Positions 39,531-49,945 are shown, counted from the first letter of the stretch. The stretch is DNA of 64,000 bases from Candidatus Dojkabacteria bacterium (GCA_012513575.1 JAAZBX010000004.1:11481-75480), one strand, 5' to 3'. A program made the numbers and translations. Notes: generated by a model not told the origin, from the sequence alone.

Positions 39531-40442
39531 CTATTTCCTAGCCTTTTTTACAAGGTAAATTGCAAGTACAATTATTAACGCAATTGGTACCCCAAAGACT
39601 ACAAACCAGATTGCAAAATTTACCAATCCTTTTCCAAATTCCCCAAGTGCTCTAATAGCATCTTTCAAAACTCCAAAGGGCTTCCATTTCTCTTCAGGTT
39701 CGAAAGTCCCAGCACTGCTTTGAGAAATTGAGACCGTTATTGTAGAGTAATCTGTTTGGTTCGCATAGTACTTTAATTGTGACTCAATTGCCTCAATCTT
39801 ATACCTAATCTCATTTAATTCTTTAAAGACTTCCATTGTATCTTTAACATTTGTTGATTGTTTCTGAATCTCAAGTAGTTGCTTCTCAGTATTTTGATAA
39901 GTATTCAATCTTGCCTCCAAATCCATCACCTGTTCAGTTACATCTTCTGAACTAACTGAGGAGAAGATTTTTTCGGCTTTAACCCCTTCCAAATCACTTA
40001 ACATTTCATCGAAAGATCCCTCTTCTACTTTAATTACAATGCTTATATTTCTCGATTTTCCAGTTCCTTGATCAGAAGAATTTGATATTTCTGCACCATA
40101 TTTATCTATTACATCCTGAACCTCTTCCTTAGTCTTATCAATATTGTCTGCACTAAATCCTATCTGTCCTCTTCTTATTACATTTTTTTCTTGGGAACTA
40201 TTTGGAGCGGCTTGGTCAGCTACTAAGTTTTTCTCAACAGATGGCGACGAAGTAGACACATTAGGAGAGACCCTTCCAACTGAATCTACGTCCAAAGAGT
40301 ATGATTCTTCCTGAGAACTTCCTTCCCCCGCGATCGTTGCTACACTCCTTAACAAAACCACACCGATAAAAAAGAGCATCCCCAAACCGACTAAGGAGAG
40401 AATACAGATCCCAATTATTTTATAATACTTTTTCTTTTCCAT
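39531..40442 (-). CDS. DUF4349-domain membrane protein
   Basis: SEDVTEQ..DL.ARL, IE...L..Y..Q..YSTITV, terminal TM. Confidence 0.88.
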   Translation of the reverse strand: MEKKKYYKIIGICILSLVGLGMLFFIGVVLLRSVATIAGEGSSQEESYSLDVDSVGRVSPNVSTSSPSVEKNLVADQAAPNSSQEKNVIRRGQIGFSADNIDKTKEEVQDVIDKYGAEISNSSDQGTGKSRNISIVIKVEEGSFDEMLSDLEGVKAEKIFSSVSSEDVTEQVMDLEARLNTYQNTEKQLLEIQKQSTNVKDTMEVFKELNEIRYKIEAIESQLKYYANQTDYSTITVSISQSSAGTFEPEEKWKPFGVLKDAIRALGEFGKGLVNFAIWFVVFGVPIALIIVLAIYLVKKARK

Positions 40443-40535
40443 ATTAATTGAAATGAAAAATTAACATACTTCATAATAGAAGATACGTTTAAGTATTACA
40501 ACAACTCAAATGTGAATTTAACAAAAAGAATGAAA

Positions 40536-40925
40536 TTACCTCTTTGAGAACTGAGGCTTCTTTCTTGCTTTAACGTGGTGATATTTCTTTCTCTCTACCT
40601 CTCTTGGATCTCTTGTAACAAGATGCTCTTTTCGTAAAGTTGACTTTAATTCAGAATCCATTCCATAGATTGCTCTTGCCAAGCCCAACCTTACAGCCCC
40701 TAACTGCCCCGTTATTCCTCCGCCATTAACTTTAGCAGTAAAAAAGAATTTCTTATCAAGGCCAGTAACAATTAATGGCTTATTTACAATATTATCAACA
40801 TTTTCTTTCCCTCCAAAAAATTCGTCTATTGGCTTATTGTTAATAGTTGATGTCTTATCTCCTGCAAAAATCCTAACTCTTGCAGTCGATCTTTTCCTTC
40901 TTCCTATTCCTTCAAAATACTTCAC
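40536..40925 (-). CDS. rpsI: 30S ribosomal protein S9
   Basis: GRRK.S.ARV, TRDPREVERKK, QFSKR. Confidence 0.98.
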   Translation of the reverse strand: MKYFEGIGRRKRSTARVRIFAGDKTSTINNKPIDEFFGGKENVDNIVNKPLIVTGLDKKFFFTAKVNGGGITGQLGAVRLGLARAIYGMDSELKSTLRKEHLVTRDPREVERKKYHHVKARKKPQFSKR

Positions 40926-40935
40926 TTCTGTTTAA

Positions 40936-41373
40936 TTAATTAAATTTAATCTCGATTGGGTTCTGTCCTCCATGTTTATGAACAGAATTTTTATAGACAT
41001 ATAATCTGGCAATTCTTGCATCCCTTGATTTATTATTTGGTAACATATTCTTAACTGCATCAGTAATTATTTTGGTTGAATCCTTTTCCATCTGTCTTTG
41101 CCATGTAGTTTCTTTAAAACCACCAGGATACATTGAGTGTCTATAATACATTTTATTAAGTTCTTTACCTCTTGTTAATTTTACATTATCACTATTGATT
41201 ACAATTACATTATCTCCACAATCTACATCTGGGACAATTTCTGGTTTTTCTTTGCCTATCAATAATGATGCTATCTTTGTTGCAACTCTACCAAGAATTT
41301 GATCTTTAACATCAACAACATACCACTTTCTTTCTAGATTCTCTTTTTTTGTCCAAACTGTTTTGTATTTCAT
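40936..41373 (-). CDS. rplM: 50S ribosomal protein L13
   Basis: WYVVD...LGR.A, DCGD.V.VIN, YYRHS.YPGG. Confidence 0.98.
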   Translation of the reverse strand: MKYKTVWTKKENLERKWYVVDVKDQILGRVATKIASLLIGKEKPEIVPDVDCGDNVIVINSDNVKLTRGKELNKMYYRHSMYPGGFKETTWQRQMEKDSTKIITDAVKNMLPNNKSRDARIARLYVYKNSVHKHGGQNPIEIKFN

Positions 41374-41389
41374 ATTTAGTAACTAATAA

Positions 41390-41896
41390 TTAAAGTCCTG
41401 ATCTTGTTCTAGCTCTGTCTCCATGTTTAACAACAGCGGTTTTATCAACCCTTTTATCAATATCAAGTACTTTCTTTTTATCCTCTTTCTTAATTTCCTT
41501 CTTAACCTTCTTTTCTTCTGCTTTTTTCTCTGTTGCCTTTTTCTTTTTATCCATTCCAATTAAAGATACTCTTGATTTCTCTGCATTATCTCCTACTCTA
41601 AAACCAGTTTTTACAATTGTCACTCCAACCTTTTCACTTTTCACATATTCGGAGAACTTCTTTATCAATTCAGAATTACCTAGTGTATTATGTATCTTTT
41701 TTGTAAAATTTAAATCTTCAGATTTTGTTTTACCTTCCTCTAGAAGAGAGGACATGTCTGATTTTAAAATTTTTGCTTTTGGAGATGTTGTCTCAACTTG
41801 GCCTCTCTGCAACAATGAGATTAAAAGATTTTGTCTCAAAGAATTTCTATGTGCCATCTTTCTCCCTAATTTTGCTTTTTTTACTCTTTTATACAT
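41390..41896 (-). CDS. rplQ: 50S ribosomal protein L17 with Lys-rich C-terminal extension
   Basis: KLGR...HR, TT..KAK, R.GDNA. Confidence 0.93.
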   Translation of the reverse strand: MYKRVKKAKLGRKMAHRNSLRQNLLISLLQRGQVETTSPKAKILKSDMSSLLEEGKTKSEDLNFTKKIHNTLGNSELIKKFSEYVKSEKVGVTIVKTGFRVGDNAEKSRVSLIGMDKKKKATEKKAEEKKVKKEIKKEDKKKVLDIDKRVDKTAVVKHGDRARTRSGL

Positions 41897-41902
41897 TCAA
41901 AA

Positions 41903-42865
41903 TTAGTTGTTAATATTAATACCGTACTCATTTAATAGCTCTAAAATTTCATTCAAAGATTTATTCCCAAAGCCTGGGAGATTTAACAACTCAGTTGCAG
42001 TGGTATTTCTCAAATCCGCAACAGTCTTAAATCCACCTGCTAGCAACCCAGTCTTGGACCTCTTTGATATGGGCAACTCTTCAACTTTCCATCCGCCAAT
42101 TTCATCATCCTGAGCAACTGTACCAACTTCTTCAACTTGAGGTGTATTTACTTCCTCCTGGATAGCTTCAACTTCTTTTTGAGCCATTCCCATTGCAATC
42201 ATTACTTTTCCTGCAAATTCCTGAAGAATTTTAGCAGAATCTAACAATGCATCTTTAGGAGTTATACTTCCATCTGTTGTAACACCTATAAGGACTGCAT
42301 CCAAATCTGTTTCTTGCCCTTTTCGTGCCTGTTCAATAAGTAAGCTTACTTTCTCAATTGGGGTAAAATCACAATCTAAAGGGATCACTCCAATCTCTTT
42401 CCTTCCGCTGGTTGGGATGATTTTATATCCAACGCCCGACTCTACAGTAAATTCCATTTCCATAGAGGAAGAGGAATCTGTTAAAGTTGCAATATGCAAA
42501 TCCTTGTTTACAACTTCATAATCGCCAGAGGTTTCAATATCCTTTGCAGTAATTTCTTTTTTCCCTTTTACTGATAGTTTACAAACTGCCAGTTCGGAAG
42601 ACTTTGTACTAAACTTAACTTGCTTTAAATTCATTATCACATCAATCATGTTCTCTTGGACACCCTCAAGTGTTGAGTACTCATGATCAACACCCTTAAT
42701 ACTCACTGATGTAATTCCGGCTCCTTTTAAGCTTGAATACAAAATTCTTCTTAATGCATTCCCCAAAGTATGACCGTACCCTCTTGGTAATGGTGAAATT
42801 TCAAAAAGACCATAATTTCCAGCTTCTTCTTTAATTGTAACCTTAATATCTTTAAACGCTTCCAT
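41903..42865 (-). CDS. rpoA: RNA polymerase alpha subunit
   Basis: PL.RGYGHTLGNALRR, HEYSTL.GV.E, GFGNKSL.E. Confidence 0.98.
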   Translation of the reverse strand: MEAFKDIKVTIKEEAGNYGLFEISPLPRGYGHTLGNALRRILYSSLKGAGITSVSIKGVDHEYSTLEGVQENMIDVIMNLKQVKFSTKSSELAVCKLSVKGKKEITAKDIETSGDYEVVNKDLHIATLTDSSSSMEMEFTVESGVGYKIIPTSGRKEIGVIPLDCDFTPIEKVSLLIEQARKGQETDLDAVLIGVTTDGSITPKDALLDSAKILQEFAGKVMIAMGMAQKEVEAIQEEVNTPQVEEVGTVAQDDEIGGWKVEELPISKRSKTGLLAGGFKTVADLRNTTATELLNLPGFGNKSLNEILELLNEYGININN

Positions 42866-42882
42866 TTAGTAAAAATATAAAA

Positions 42883-43494
42883 TTATCTAGAATAGAACTC
42901 AATTATTAAGTTCTCCTTAATCCCTTCATCAATATCATCTCTAATCGGCAATCTTACTACTTTACATGAAGAATCCTTTGTTTCAATCCAATCAGGAGTC
43001 TTAAACAATTTCTCATTAGGAGCTAACTTTGCCTTTTTTAGTTCAATTGAATCTCCTTCTCTAATCTCGATAGAGGGAACCGAATTTTTCCGCCCATTTA
43101 ACTTCACATGACCATGTGTAATATACTGCCTCGCAGCAGCCCTTGAAGGAGCTAAGCCTGCCAAATAGAGAACATTATCCATCCTCAACTCTAACAATCT
43201 GAGAAATTCCAGACCTTTATCTGTATTCTTAATTTTTGACCTTCTATCAGATTCTTTATATGCTGCGACCATGTTCTTTTCTCTTAAACCGTATGTCCTT
43301 TTAACCTTTTGTTTCTCTCTTAATTGGAATCCATAGTTTGACAATCTTGCCCTTCTTTGATTCCCATGTTGTCCAGGAGCAAAAGGCTTTCTTTTTAACC
43401 CTGATTTATCGGAGAATGATCTTGCACCCTTAAGGTGTAATTCAACTCCTTCTCTTCTACTTAATTTTTCTTTTGGTCCTGTATATCTACCCAT
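42883..43494 (-). CDS. rpsD: 30S ribosomal protein S4
   Basis: MGRYTGP, PGQHG, QLREKQK, IEFYSR. Confidence 0.98.
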   Translation of the reverse strand: MGRYTGPKEKLSRREGVELHLKGARSFSDKSGLKRKPFAPGQHGNQRRARLSNYGFQLREKQKVKRTYGLREKNMVAAYKESDRRSKIKNTDKGLEFLRLLELRMDNVLYLAGLAPSRAAARQYITHGHVKLNGRKNSVPSIEIREGDSIELKKAKLAPNEKLFKTPDWIETKDSSCKVVRLPIRDDIDEGIKENLIIEFYSR

Positions 43495-43518
43495 GAATCT
43501 AAAAAATACAAATAAAAA

Positions 43519-43908
43519 TTACTTTCTCGGAATTTTTCTCGGTCTACATCCATTATGTGGAATCGGTGTTTTATCAATAAGCATCGTCACTTTCAACCCT
43601 GCAGAATCTAGACCCTTAACAGCAGCATTTCTTCCAGCTCCTGGGCCCTTAATAACTACTTTGACTTCTTTTAGCCCGTACTTCTTAATAACTTTCTCAG
43701 CAACATCCATAGCAGCTTTAGTCGCAGCATATGCTGTGCTTCTTTTTGCACCTTTAAATCCTACCATTGAAGGACTTCCCTGACCTAGAACCTCACCATT
43801 TTCATCAGCCAAAGTGATAATTGTATTATTAAAAGTGGACTGTATTGTTGCAATACCACTCTGAACATTTCCCTTGGTTGATTTTTTTGTTTTTTTATCT
43901 GTTGCCAT
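43519..43908 (-). CDS. rpsK: 30S ribosomal protein S11
   Basis: STFNNTI, KGPG.GR, TPIPHNGCRP. Confidence 0.98.
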   Translation of the reverse strand: MATDKKTKKSTKGNVQSGIATIQSTFNNTIITLADENGEVLGQGSPSMVGFKGAKRSTAYAATKAAMDVAEKVIKKYGLKEVKVVIKGPGAGRNAAVKGLDSAGLKVTMLIDKTPIPHNGCRPRKIPRK

Positions 43909-43916
43909 TTTCTATA

Positions 43917-44300
43917 CTATGTTTTATCTAAAGTTCTCTTTAATCCTCCGACAGGCCTACTCTTTCCTTTTCTCGTTCTAGCATTATGTCTAGTTCTTTG
44001 ACCTCTTACTGGAAGACCTAATTTATGTCTAATTCCCCTATAGGATCTCATATCTTTTAACCTTTTAATGTCCCTAAATCTTTCCTGTCTTAATTCTCCT
44101 TCGACACTAAAATTTTCTTCAATGTATTTTCTTACTCTATCTAATTCTGTTTCAGAAAGGTCCTTTACAAATTCTACTTCCTTAACATTTGCCCCATTAC
44201 ATATCTTTTTTGCAGTAACCTCACCTATCCCGTATATTGACATTAAAGAGACCCACAGTCTCTTATCATTTGGTATTTCAATTCCCGCGACTCTTGCCAT
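43917..44300 (-). CDS. rpsM: 30S ribosomal protein S13
   Basis: MARVAG, YRGIRH..GLPVRGQRT..NARTRKG. Confidence 0.98.
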   Translation of the reverse strand: MARVAGIEIPNDKRLWVSLMSIYGIGEVTAKKICNGANVKEVEFVKDLSETELDRVRKYIEENFSVEGELRQERFRDIKRLKDMRSYRGIRHKLGLPVRGQRTRHNARTRKGKSRPVGGLKRTLDKT

Positions 44301-44323
44301 TTTAAAAAAGTATAAATTAATAA

Positions 44324-44440
44324 TTAACCCTGTCTTTGGTTATGATTTGGGTTTTTTCTACAATAAACATATACTCTGCCTTTTCTCTTAACAGAATAGC
44401 AATCAGGACATCTCTTTTTTACAGAAGCTCTTACTTTCAT
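44324..44440 (-). CDS. rpmJ: 50S ribosomal protein L36 (Zn-binding type)
   Basis: Below ORF-track cutoff: [38 protein letters not shown]. Confidence 0.97.
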   Translation of the reverse strand: MKVRASVKKRCPDCYSVKRKGRVYVYCRKNPNHNQRQG

Positions 44441-44674
44441 TTAATTCATGTATCTATATGTTATTCTGCCTCTTTCTTTGTCATAAGGCGTCATCTCAAT
44501 TCTCACCTTATCTCCCTCTAATATTCGAATGTAGTGCATTCTCATCTTCCCTGAGAGATAACCGATAACTTCATGCTTAGAGCCGTTTACATCCAACTCA
44601 ACAATGAATTGAGTATTTGGTAAACACTCCTTCACAATTCCATCAAATTCAAAAACTTTCTTACTTTCGTTCAT
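44441..44674 (-). CDS. infA: Translation initiation factor IF-1
   Basis: G.V.E.LPN..F.V.L, SGKMR.HYIRIL.GD.V..E.TPYD..RGRI. Confidence 0.98.
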   Translation of the reverse strand: MNESKKVFEFDGIVKECLPNTQFIVELDVNGSKHEVIGYLSGKMRMHYIRILEGDKVRIEMTPYDKERGRITYRYMN

Positions 44675-44710
44675 AGTTAGTCAATAATCCACACTAGTGG
44701 AATCTTTGGA

Positions 44711-44739
44711 ATTATACCAAAAGAAGACTAGTAAATCAA
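44711..44739 (-). promoter_or_regulatory. Promoter of the infA-rpmJ-alpha operon
   Basis: TTGATT-N17-TATAAT with TG extended -10. Confidence 0.7.
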
Positions 44740-44813
44740 CAAAATAGTATAAATACTAGATTGTTTGAAGTCCTTGAAAGAGACTAGGTAAGAATAGCAA
44801 AAAAAAGTTTTTT

Positions 44814-45488
44814 TTACAAGTGCAAAATCTTGATAATTTCTTTGTGTATCTCTTCAATACTTGGCGTTGCATCAACCTCAACTAGCAAACCCCTCTCCTC
44901 ATATACTTTAAGAATGGGATGTATTGTCCTGTTGTATTCTTCAAGCCTACTAATTATTTTTTGTGGTTGATCATCATCTCTTTGGATCAAAGCAGTACCA
45001 CACAAATCGCACTTTCCTTCCTCTTGTTCTTTTTTAAACTTTGGGTGATAGGTTGCACCACACTTAGGGCAATATTTTCTTAAAGACATTCTTTCAATGG
45101 CAATATCCGCAGAAAGCACAAAATGAATAAATAAGTCTAATTCTCTTCCCTGTGTTTTTAACAGATTATCAAATAATTCAATCTGACCAACATCCCTTAC
45201 TACTGAAACAAATGCCCAATTCTTTTGTCCATCAAACCTTTTTAGCCATTTGGGAAACATCTCTTTATACACTAACGAGTTTGGGACAAAGAGTCCCTTT
45301 GAAGTATATTCCTTTGTAGCCACCAAGGCATCTTTATCATTCTCTTCGAAAAGCTTTCTAATCATCTGGCCTGTTCCAATATTCTCGAAATTGAAATTCT
45401 TTACAAGGAATTCCACTTGTGTATCCTTACCGCATCCTGATGGCCCATGAAAAAGAATTGTTCTTGGATTATTTTGGACTCGATTCAT
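44814..45488 (-). CDS. adk: Adenylate kinase (divergent, Zn-lid)
   Basis: GPSGCGKDTQ, CPKC..CDLC lid, QRDDD; position after secY. Confidence 0.9.
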   Translation of the reverse strand: MNRVQNNPRTILFHGPSGCGKDTQVEFLVKNFNFENIGTGQMIRKLFEENDKDALVATKEYTSKGLFVPNSLVYKEMFPKWLKRFDGQKNWAFVSVVRDVGQIELFDNLLKTQGRELDLFIHFVLSADIAIERMSLRKYCPKCGATYHPKFKKEQEEGKCDLCGTALIQRDDDQPQKIISRLEEYNRTIHPILKVYEERGLLVEVDATPSIEEIHKEIIKILHL

Positions 45489-45518
45489 ATGTAATTATTA
45501 TGAATTAATCACTAACCC

Positions 45519-46784
45519 TTAAAGGTATCTATCATAACTTCTTGTCGTAACCATTGATTCGACCTGCCTTTTTACCTCAAGAATAACACCTATTACGATG
45601 AGCAGTCCTGTCCCTGAAAAAACAGCCCCATTTACAAGTCCTACCCTAACAAACAAGTCGGGAAGAATTGACAGAAGAGCAAGAAAAATTGCTCCTACAG
45701 CAGCTAATCTAAGGCTAATTTTTCGTAAATAATCCGATGTGTTTTCTCCGGGTCTAATACCTTGTATAAATGCTCCCTGTTTTTGAAGATTTTCTGCTAA
45801 TTCATCGGTTTTGAATACAACTGAAAGATACACAAAGGAGAAACCAATGACCAATAGGAATGTTAAGCCATCTTTAATATAAGGATTGTTTATGAAATCC
45901 AAAACTTTCTCAGCTACATTTGTTAACCCTTCATTGTAATTTTTACTTACTAAAAATTTCCCCACTAATTGAGGAAATGATAGAAATGCCATAGCAAATA
46001 TTACTGGCATAACACCAGATTGTGTCAGTTTAATTGGGATATAGCTCTCCAAAGCCCCTCCTGTCCTAACTCTTCTAGAGTATTGCACTTTAACCCTTCT
46101 TTCTGCGGTAGTAATTATAACTACTGATGTAACCATAATAAGAGAAATAACGATAAACAGAGTTTTTTGTAGATTGTCCATTGTCAAGAAGTTTGAACGT
46201 ATTGACCCAGGTATTCCTGCTAAAATTCCCAACATAATTAAATATGAAGTCCCACCTCCGAGACCACTCTCGGAAATTAGCTCTCCAAACCACATCATAA
46301 CAACTGAACCTGCGGTAAACGTGGCAACCATCGTTGCCAACTCCAAAGGACCCAACTTTGTGATCAATCCAAACCCTAATAGGGTGGAATAAATAACAAA
46401 AGATTGAAGTATTGCCAACGGAACTGTTAACAACCTTGTGTACATAGAAATCTTTCTTCGACCCTCAGGTCCCTCTTTTCTTGTTTCATCAAGAGCTGGA
46501 ATAACTGTTCCCAATAGTTGAAAAACGATTGATGCATTGATATATGGGGTTAATCCTATCGCCACAATTGAGGCAGTTTCCAGGACGCCACCAGAGACAG
46601 CAGACAAAACATCACCCATGCTAGTCCCTTCAAAAAGACTCTTGATTGCCTCTGCAGGAATTCCCGCAACAGGGACAGAGGAAAGTAATCTAAAAATCAA
46701 CAAAATCAACAAGGAAAAAAGAATTTTGCTTCTAATCTCTTTTGTTTTTAAAATATGCTTGATTCTCTCTATCAATTTGTTCAT
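45519..46784 (-). CDS. secY: Preprotein translocase SecY
   Basis: G..PYI.ASI..QLL, GVMPVIFA, FI.GIRPG..T, GTGLLI. Confidence 0.97.
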   Translation of the reverse strand: MNKLIERIKHILKTKEIRSKILFSLLILLIFRLLSSVPVAGIPAEAIKSLFEGTSMGDVLSAVSGGVLETASIVAIGLTPYINASIVFQLLGTVIPALDETRKEGPEGRRKISMYTRLLTVPLAILQSFVIYSTLLGFGLITKLGPLELATMVATFTAGSVVMMWFGELISESGLGGGTSYLIMLGILAGIPGSIRSNFLTMDNLQKTLFIVISLIMVTSVVIITTAERRVKVQYSRRVRTGGALESYIPIKLTQSGVMPVIFAMAFLSFPQLVGKFLVSKNYNEGLTNVAEKVLDFINNPYIKDGLTFLLVIGFSFVYLSVVFKTDELAENLQKQGAFIQGIRPGENTSDYLRKISLRLAAVGAIFLALLSILPDLFVRVGLVNGAVFSGTGLLIVIGVILEVKRQVESMVTTRSYDRYL

Positions 46785-46796
46785 GATGTTAGGAGG

Positions 46797-47240
46797 TTAT
46801 TTTATTGAACCACCAGCTTTTTTGATTTTTTCAATGGCACTCTCCGAAATCTTCAATCCCTCTACTTTGAGTTTCTTTGTAATTTCTCCTTTTCCGAGGA
46901 TTTTAACAACTTTCGAATTTTTTCTTGCAATTCCCTTTGAGACTAAGGATTCTAAATTTACTAAATCTCCATCTTTAAATTCCTTATCTAAAACTTCAAG
47001 ATTAACTGCTTGAGCTTCTACTTTTTGTGGCTGATTAAATCCTTTGTACTTTGGCATTCTCCTAAAGAAAGGTACATTCCCACCTTCAAAGAACCTTGTT
47101 GATTTATGCCCTGCTCTAGACTTCTGACCTTTTGTTCCTCTTCCGACGGTATGACCACCAACTCCAGATCCATATCCCCTTCCAATCCTTTTTCCTGGCA
47201 TTACTCTGTTTTTTCTTTTTGGTATACTATTTAGTTTCAT
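46797..47240 (-). CDS. rplO: 50S ribosomal protein L15
   Basis: GRG.GSG, GRG.KGQKSR, FEGG, KILG.G. Confidence 0.97.
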   Translation of the reverse strand: MKLNSIPKRKNRVMPGKRIGRGYGSGVGGHTVGRGTKGQKSRAGHKSTRFFEGGNVPFFRRMPKYKGFNQPQKVEAQAVNLEVLDKEFKDGDLVNLESLVSKGIARKNSKVVKILGKGEITKKLKVEGLKISESAIEKIKKAGGSIK

Positions 47241-47242
47241 TT

Positions 47243-47914
47243 CTATTTATTGCTAACTTTATCTTCAATCTTTTTATCTATTTTTTTCACAACTTTTCTT
47301 CGATCTACCTTTTCAAATCTATTCTTTTTTTGAGTCTTTTTCTTTTCCATCTCTTTCTTTCTTCTTTTCTCTTCTTTTGCTCTTCTCTCTTTCTCCGTTT
47401 CTTCTTTTAGAGTAATCCTGTCTCTCATCTTTTGCATCCTTGAAAGTACTCTTGCACTTCTTAAAGCCTTGAGTGCTTCAAAGGTACAGTAAGCATTTCC
47501 ATTTGCATCTGCACTTCCCAAAATCTTTCCATACACATTATCAACGCCCGCCAACTCTAGAACTGTTCTAACTGAAGAACCTGCAATGACACCAGTCCCT
47601 GGTCTTGCTGGTCTAAGTAGAACCTTTACAGCACCAAATTTTTGGACTATCTCATGAGGTATAGTATCACCAGCAAGTTCAATTTTAGTTGCCACTTTAA
47701 TTGCAAGTCTTTCTCCTTGTTCAACCGCTGTCCTAACATCTGCGCCTCTTCCCAAGGCAACTCCTACAGTTCCACTTCTGTCACCAACTACAACGACCGT
47801 ACTAAATCTTAATTTCTTACCACCTTTTGTAACCTTTGCAACTCTTCTTACTGGAAGAGTCTTCTTGTCAAATGCCCTTTTTTCTCTATTTTTCTTAAAT
47901 TTCTTTTCTTCCAT
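47243..47914 (-). CDS. rpsE: 30S ribosomal protein S5 with basic C-terminal extension
   Basis: RVAKVTKGG, VVVGD, PA.PGTGVIAG. Confidence 0.97.
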   Translation of the reverse strand: MEEKKFKKNREKRAFDKKTLPVRRVAKVTKGGKKLRFSTVVVVGDRSGTVGVALGRGADVRTAVEQGERLAIKVATKIELAGDTIPHEIVQKFGAVKVLLRPARPGTGVIAGSSVRTVLELAGVDNVYGKILGSADANGNAYCTFEALKALRSARVLSRMQKMRDRITLKEETEKERRAKEEKRRKKEMEKKKTQKKNRFEKVDRRKVVKKIDKKIEDKVSNK

Positions 47915-47924
47915 ATTATTCTTT

Positions 47925-48251
47925 CTAAATTTTAACTCCTTCTTTTCTTAGTTCTTCTACAAAGGACTTAATCAATCCGTGATATTTGTATCCGCTCCTA
48001 TCAAAAACCAATGCATCATATTTTTTACAAAAAGTTACAAATTTTTTAGTCATAGACAAAATATCTTTCTCATTTTTTTTAGTCATAAGAGATTTCACAA
48101 CAACACTCTTGTCATCATCCGCAATTCCAGCATAGAAATACCGATTACTCTTAAAAACAAAGACTCTTGGTTTTATAGAAGTACCATGAATCTTTTTTCG
48201 GATATGTGCTTTTCTTCTTATTCTTTTTTCTTTTTTAGTTTTTTTAGCCAT
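47925..48251 (-). CDS. rplR: 50S ribosomal protein L18 (shortened)
   Basis: GT..KPR..VFKSN, VFDR.GY.YHG. Confidence 0.95.
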   Translation of the reverse strand: MAKKTKKEKRIRRKAHIRKKIHGTSIKPRVFVFKSNRYFYAGIADDDKSVVVKSLMTKKNEKDILSMTKKFVTFCKKYDALVFDRSGYKYHGLIKSFVEELRKEGVKI

Positions 48252-48268
48252 TTGTATTAAAAAATATT

Positions 48269-48808
48269 TTATGCGACACTAGCTTTTGAGCTTTTTCTTC
48301 TTACATATTCATTCTCATATCTAATACCTTTGCCTTTATATGGCTCTGGTTTTCTTATTTCTCTAATCTTCGCTGCAAATTCTCCAACCTTTTGCTTGTC
48401 AAAACCTTTAATGGTTATCTTTGTCTCTTCTGGAACCTCTATTTGTATCCCCTCGGGAGGAGTCATTTTAATTGGATGATTCCAACCCAAGCTCATAACT
48501 AGCAACCCTCCATCAAGTCTAGCTCTATATCCAACACCTACTAATTCTAAATTCTTACTAAAACCATTTTTTACACCATATACTGCATTATAAAGCAACA
48601 TTCTGTATGTACCATGATCTGATTTGGCTTGTTTTGTTTCATCCTTTCTATTTAGCTGTAAACTCTTATCTTCTATCTTCAATTCAAGATGCTCTGGGAG
48701 TGTAATATTGATCTCTCCCAATGGACCTTTAACAAGTACAGTCAAACCATTTAAAGAAACCTCTACTCCCTCTTCAATTGTTATAAAATCTTTTCCTATT
48801 CTTGACAT
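48269..48808 (-). CDS. rplF: 50S ribosomal protein L6
   Basis: MSRIGK, GVGYRA, PEPYKGKGIRY. Confidence 0.98.
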   Translation of the reverse strand: MSRIGKDFITIEEGVEVSLNGLTVLVKGPLGEINITLPEHLELKIEDKSLQLNRKDETKQAKSDHGTYRMLLYNAVYGVKNGFSKNLELVGVGYRARLDGGLLVMSLGWNHPIKMTPPEGIQIEVPEETKITIKGFDKQKVGEFAAKIREIRKPEPYKGKGIRYENEYVRRKSSKASVA

Positions 48809-48810
48809 AA

Positions 48811-49194
48811 TTACCAAACTTTACATATAAATTCACCTCCAAGATCTTTGCTCTTGGCGACAGAACCAGACATAACTCCTTGAGAAGTACTAATAATTGA
48901 GATACCTCTTCCATTCATTATCGGTTTAATTTCCTTTTTAGTGACATATATTCTTTGTCCTGGCTTACTAACTCTTTGAAGTTTAGAAATAACAGGCTCC
49001 TTATTCTCGTATAACAATTCGACATCAACCGTTCCAGAATCCTCATTAAGCTTAAAGTCTTTAATCATTTCTTCCTTCTTTAGAACTTTTAATATGTCCC
49101 TATTAATATTTGTATTAAGAACAGGAACAAATTCTTTATTCCTCATTATTGCATTTTGTATTCTTGCGAGCATATCTGCTATTAAATCGTTCAT
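48811..49194 (-). CDS. rpsH: 30S ribosomal protein S8
   Basis: D.IADML.RI.NA, SKPG.R.Y, STSQGVM, GGE. Confidence 0.98.
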   Translation of the reverse strand: MNDLIADMLARIQNAIMRNKEFVPVLNTNINRDILKVLKKEEMIKDFKLNEDSGTVDVELLYENKEPVISKLQRVSKPGQRIYVTKKEIKPIMNGRGISIISTSQGVMSGSVAKSKDLGGEFICKVW

Positions 49195-49210
49195 TTTTTT
49201 ATTCTTTAAA

Positions 49211-49405
49211 TTACCAAATAGATTTCTTAACGCCAGGGATTTTTCCCTCGCTAGCTAATTTCTTAAAACAGATTCTACATAATCCGTAATGTCTAATATA
49301 CCCCCTAGCTCTTCCACATAGTTCACATCTATTATACACTCTAGAGCTGTATTTAGAGGTTTCCTTTAATTTTCTTGCTTTGTATTCTTTAGCTTCTGTT
49401 GACAT
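49211..49405 (-). CDS. rpsZ: 30S ribosomal protein S14 type Z
   Basis: RCELCGR..CRICF..G.IPGV.K..W. Confidence 0.96.
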   Translation of the reverse strand: MSTEAKEYKARKLKETSKYSSRVYNRCELCGRARGYIRHYGLCRICFKKLASEGKIPGVKKSIW

Positions 49406-49943
49406 TCTTTGTGAATGGGAATCCAAATTTATCTAAAAGGGCTTTTCCATTTTTATCATTCATTGCTGAAGTAACAATTGTTACTTCAAGACTTCTAATC
49501 TTCGAGACGTTGTTCGGATCAATTTCAATAAACACTGTATGATCCTCTATCCCAAGAGAGTAATTCCCAGCGCCATCAAATGACCTTGGGCTTAAACCTC
49601 GGAAGTCTTTTGTCCTTGGTAAAACAATATTTACCAATTTGTCAAAAAACTGCCACATTCTCTCTCCTCTTAATGTGACCGAGACACCTATCTCCATCCC
49701 CTGCCTTATTTTGAAAGCTGATACTGCTTGCTTTGCTTTATTAACGACAGGTTTCTGACCCGTAATTCTTGTTAAAATTTCGACTATCTCATCTAAAGCA
49801 GCTTTATTGTCCACTGCCTCCCCAGCTCCAACATTTACAACAATTTTCTTCAATGTTGGGACTTGCATGACATTACTATAGCTTTGTTCCTTCATTAATT
49901 CCTTGCTTACTGTTTTGTTGTATTCTTCTTGTAATCTATTCAT
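49389..49943 (-). CDS. rplE: 50S ribosomal protein L5
   Basis: KIVVN.G.G, ITGQKP, VTLRG, PR.KDFRG. Confidence 0.98.
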   Translation of the reverse strand: MNRLQEEYNKTVSKELMKEQSYSNVMQVPTLKKIVVNVGAGEAVDNKAALDEIVEILTRITGQKPVVNKAKQAVSAFKIRQGMEIGVSVTLRGERMWQFFDKLVNIVLPRTKDFRGLSPRSFDGAGNYSLGIEDHTVFIEIDPNNVSKIRSLEVTIVTSAMNDKNGKALLDKFGFPFTKNVNRS

Positions 49944-49945
49944 AT

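Noticed and set aside
46791-46797. AGGAGGT on the plus strand just upstream of secY (anti-SD-like ACCUCCU in the mRNA)
   Set aside because: The plus-strand ORF after it is only 6 codons; a single 7-mer can arise by chance
47241-47243. Absence of rpmD (uL30) between rpsE and rplO
   Set aside because: Real, but an established CPR trait; used only as a taxonomic clue
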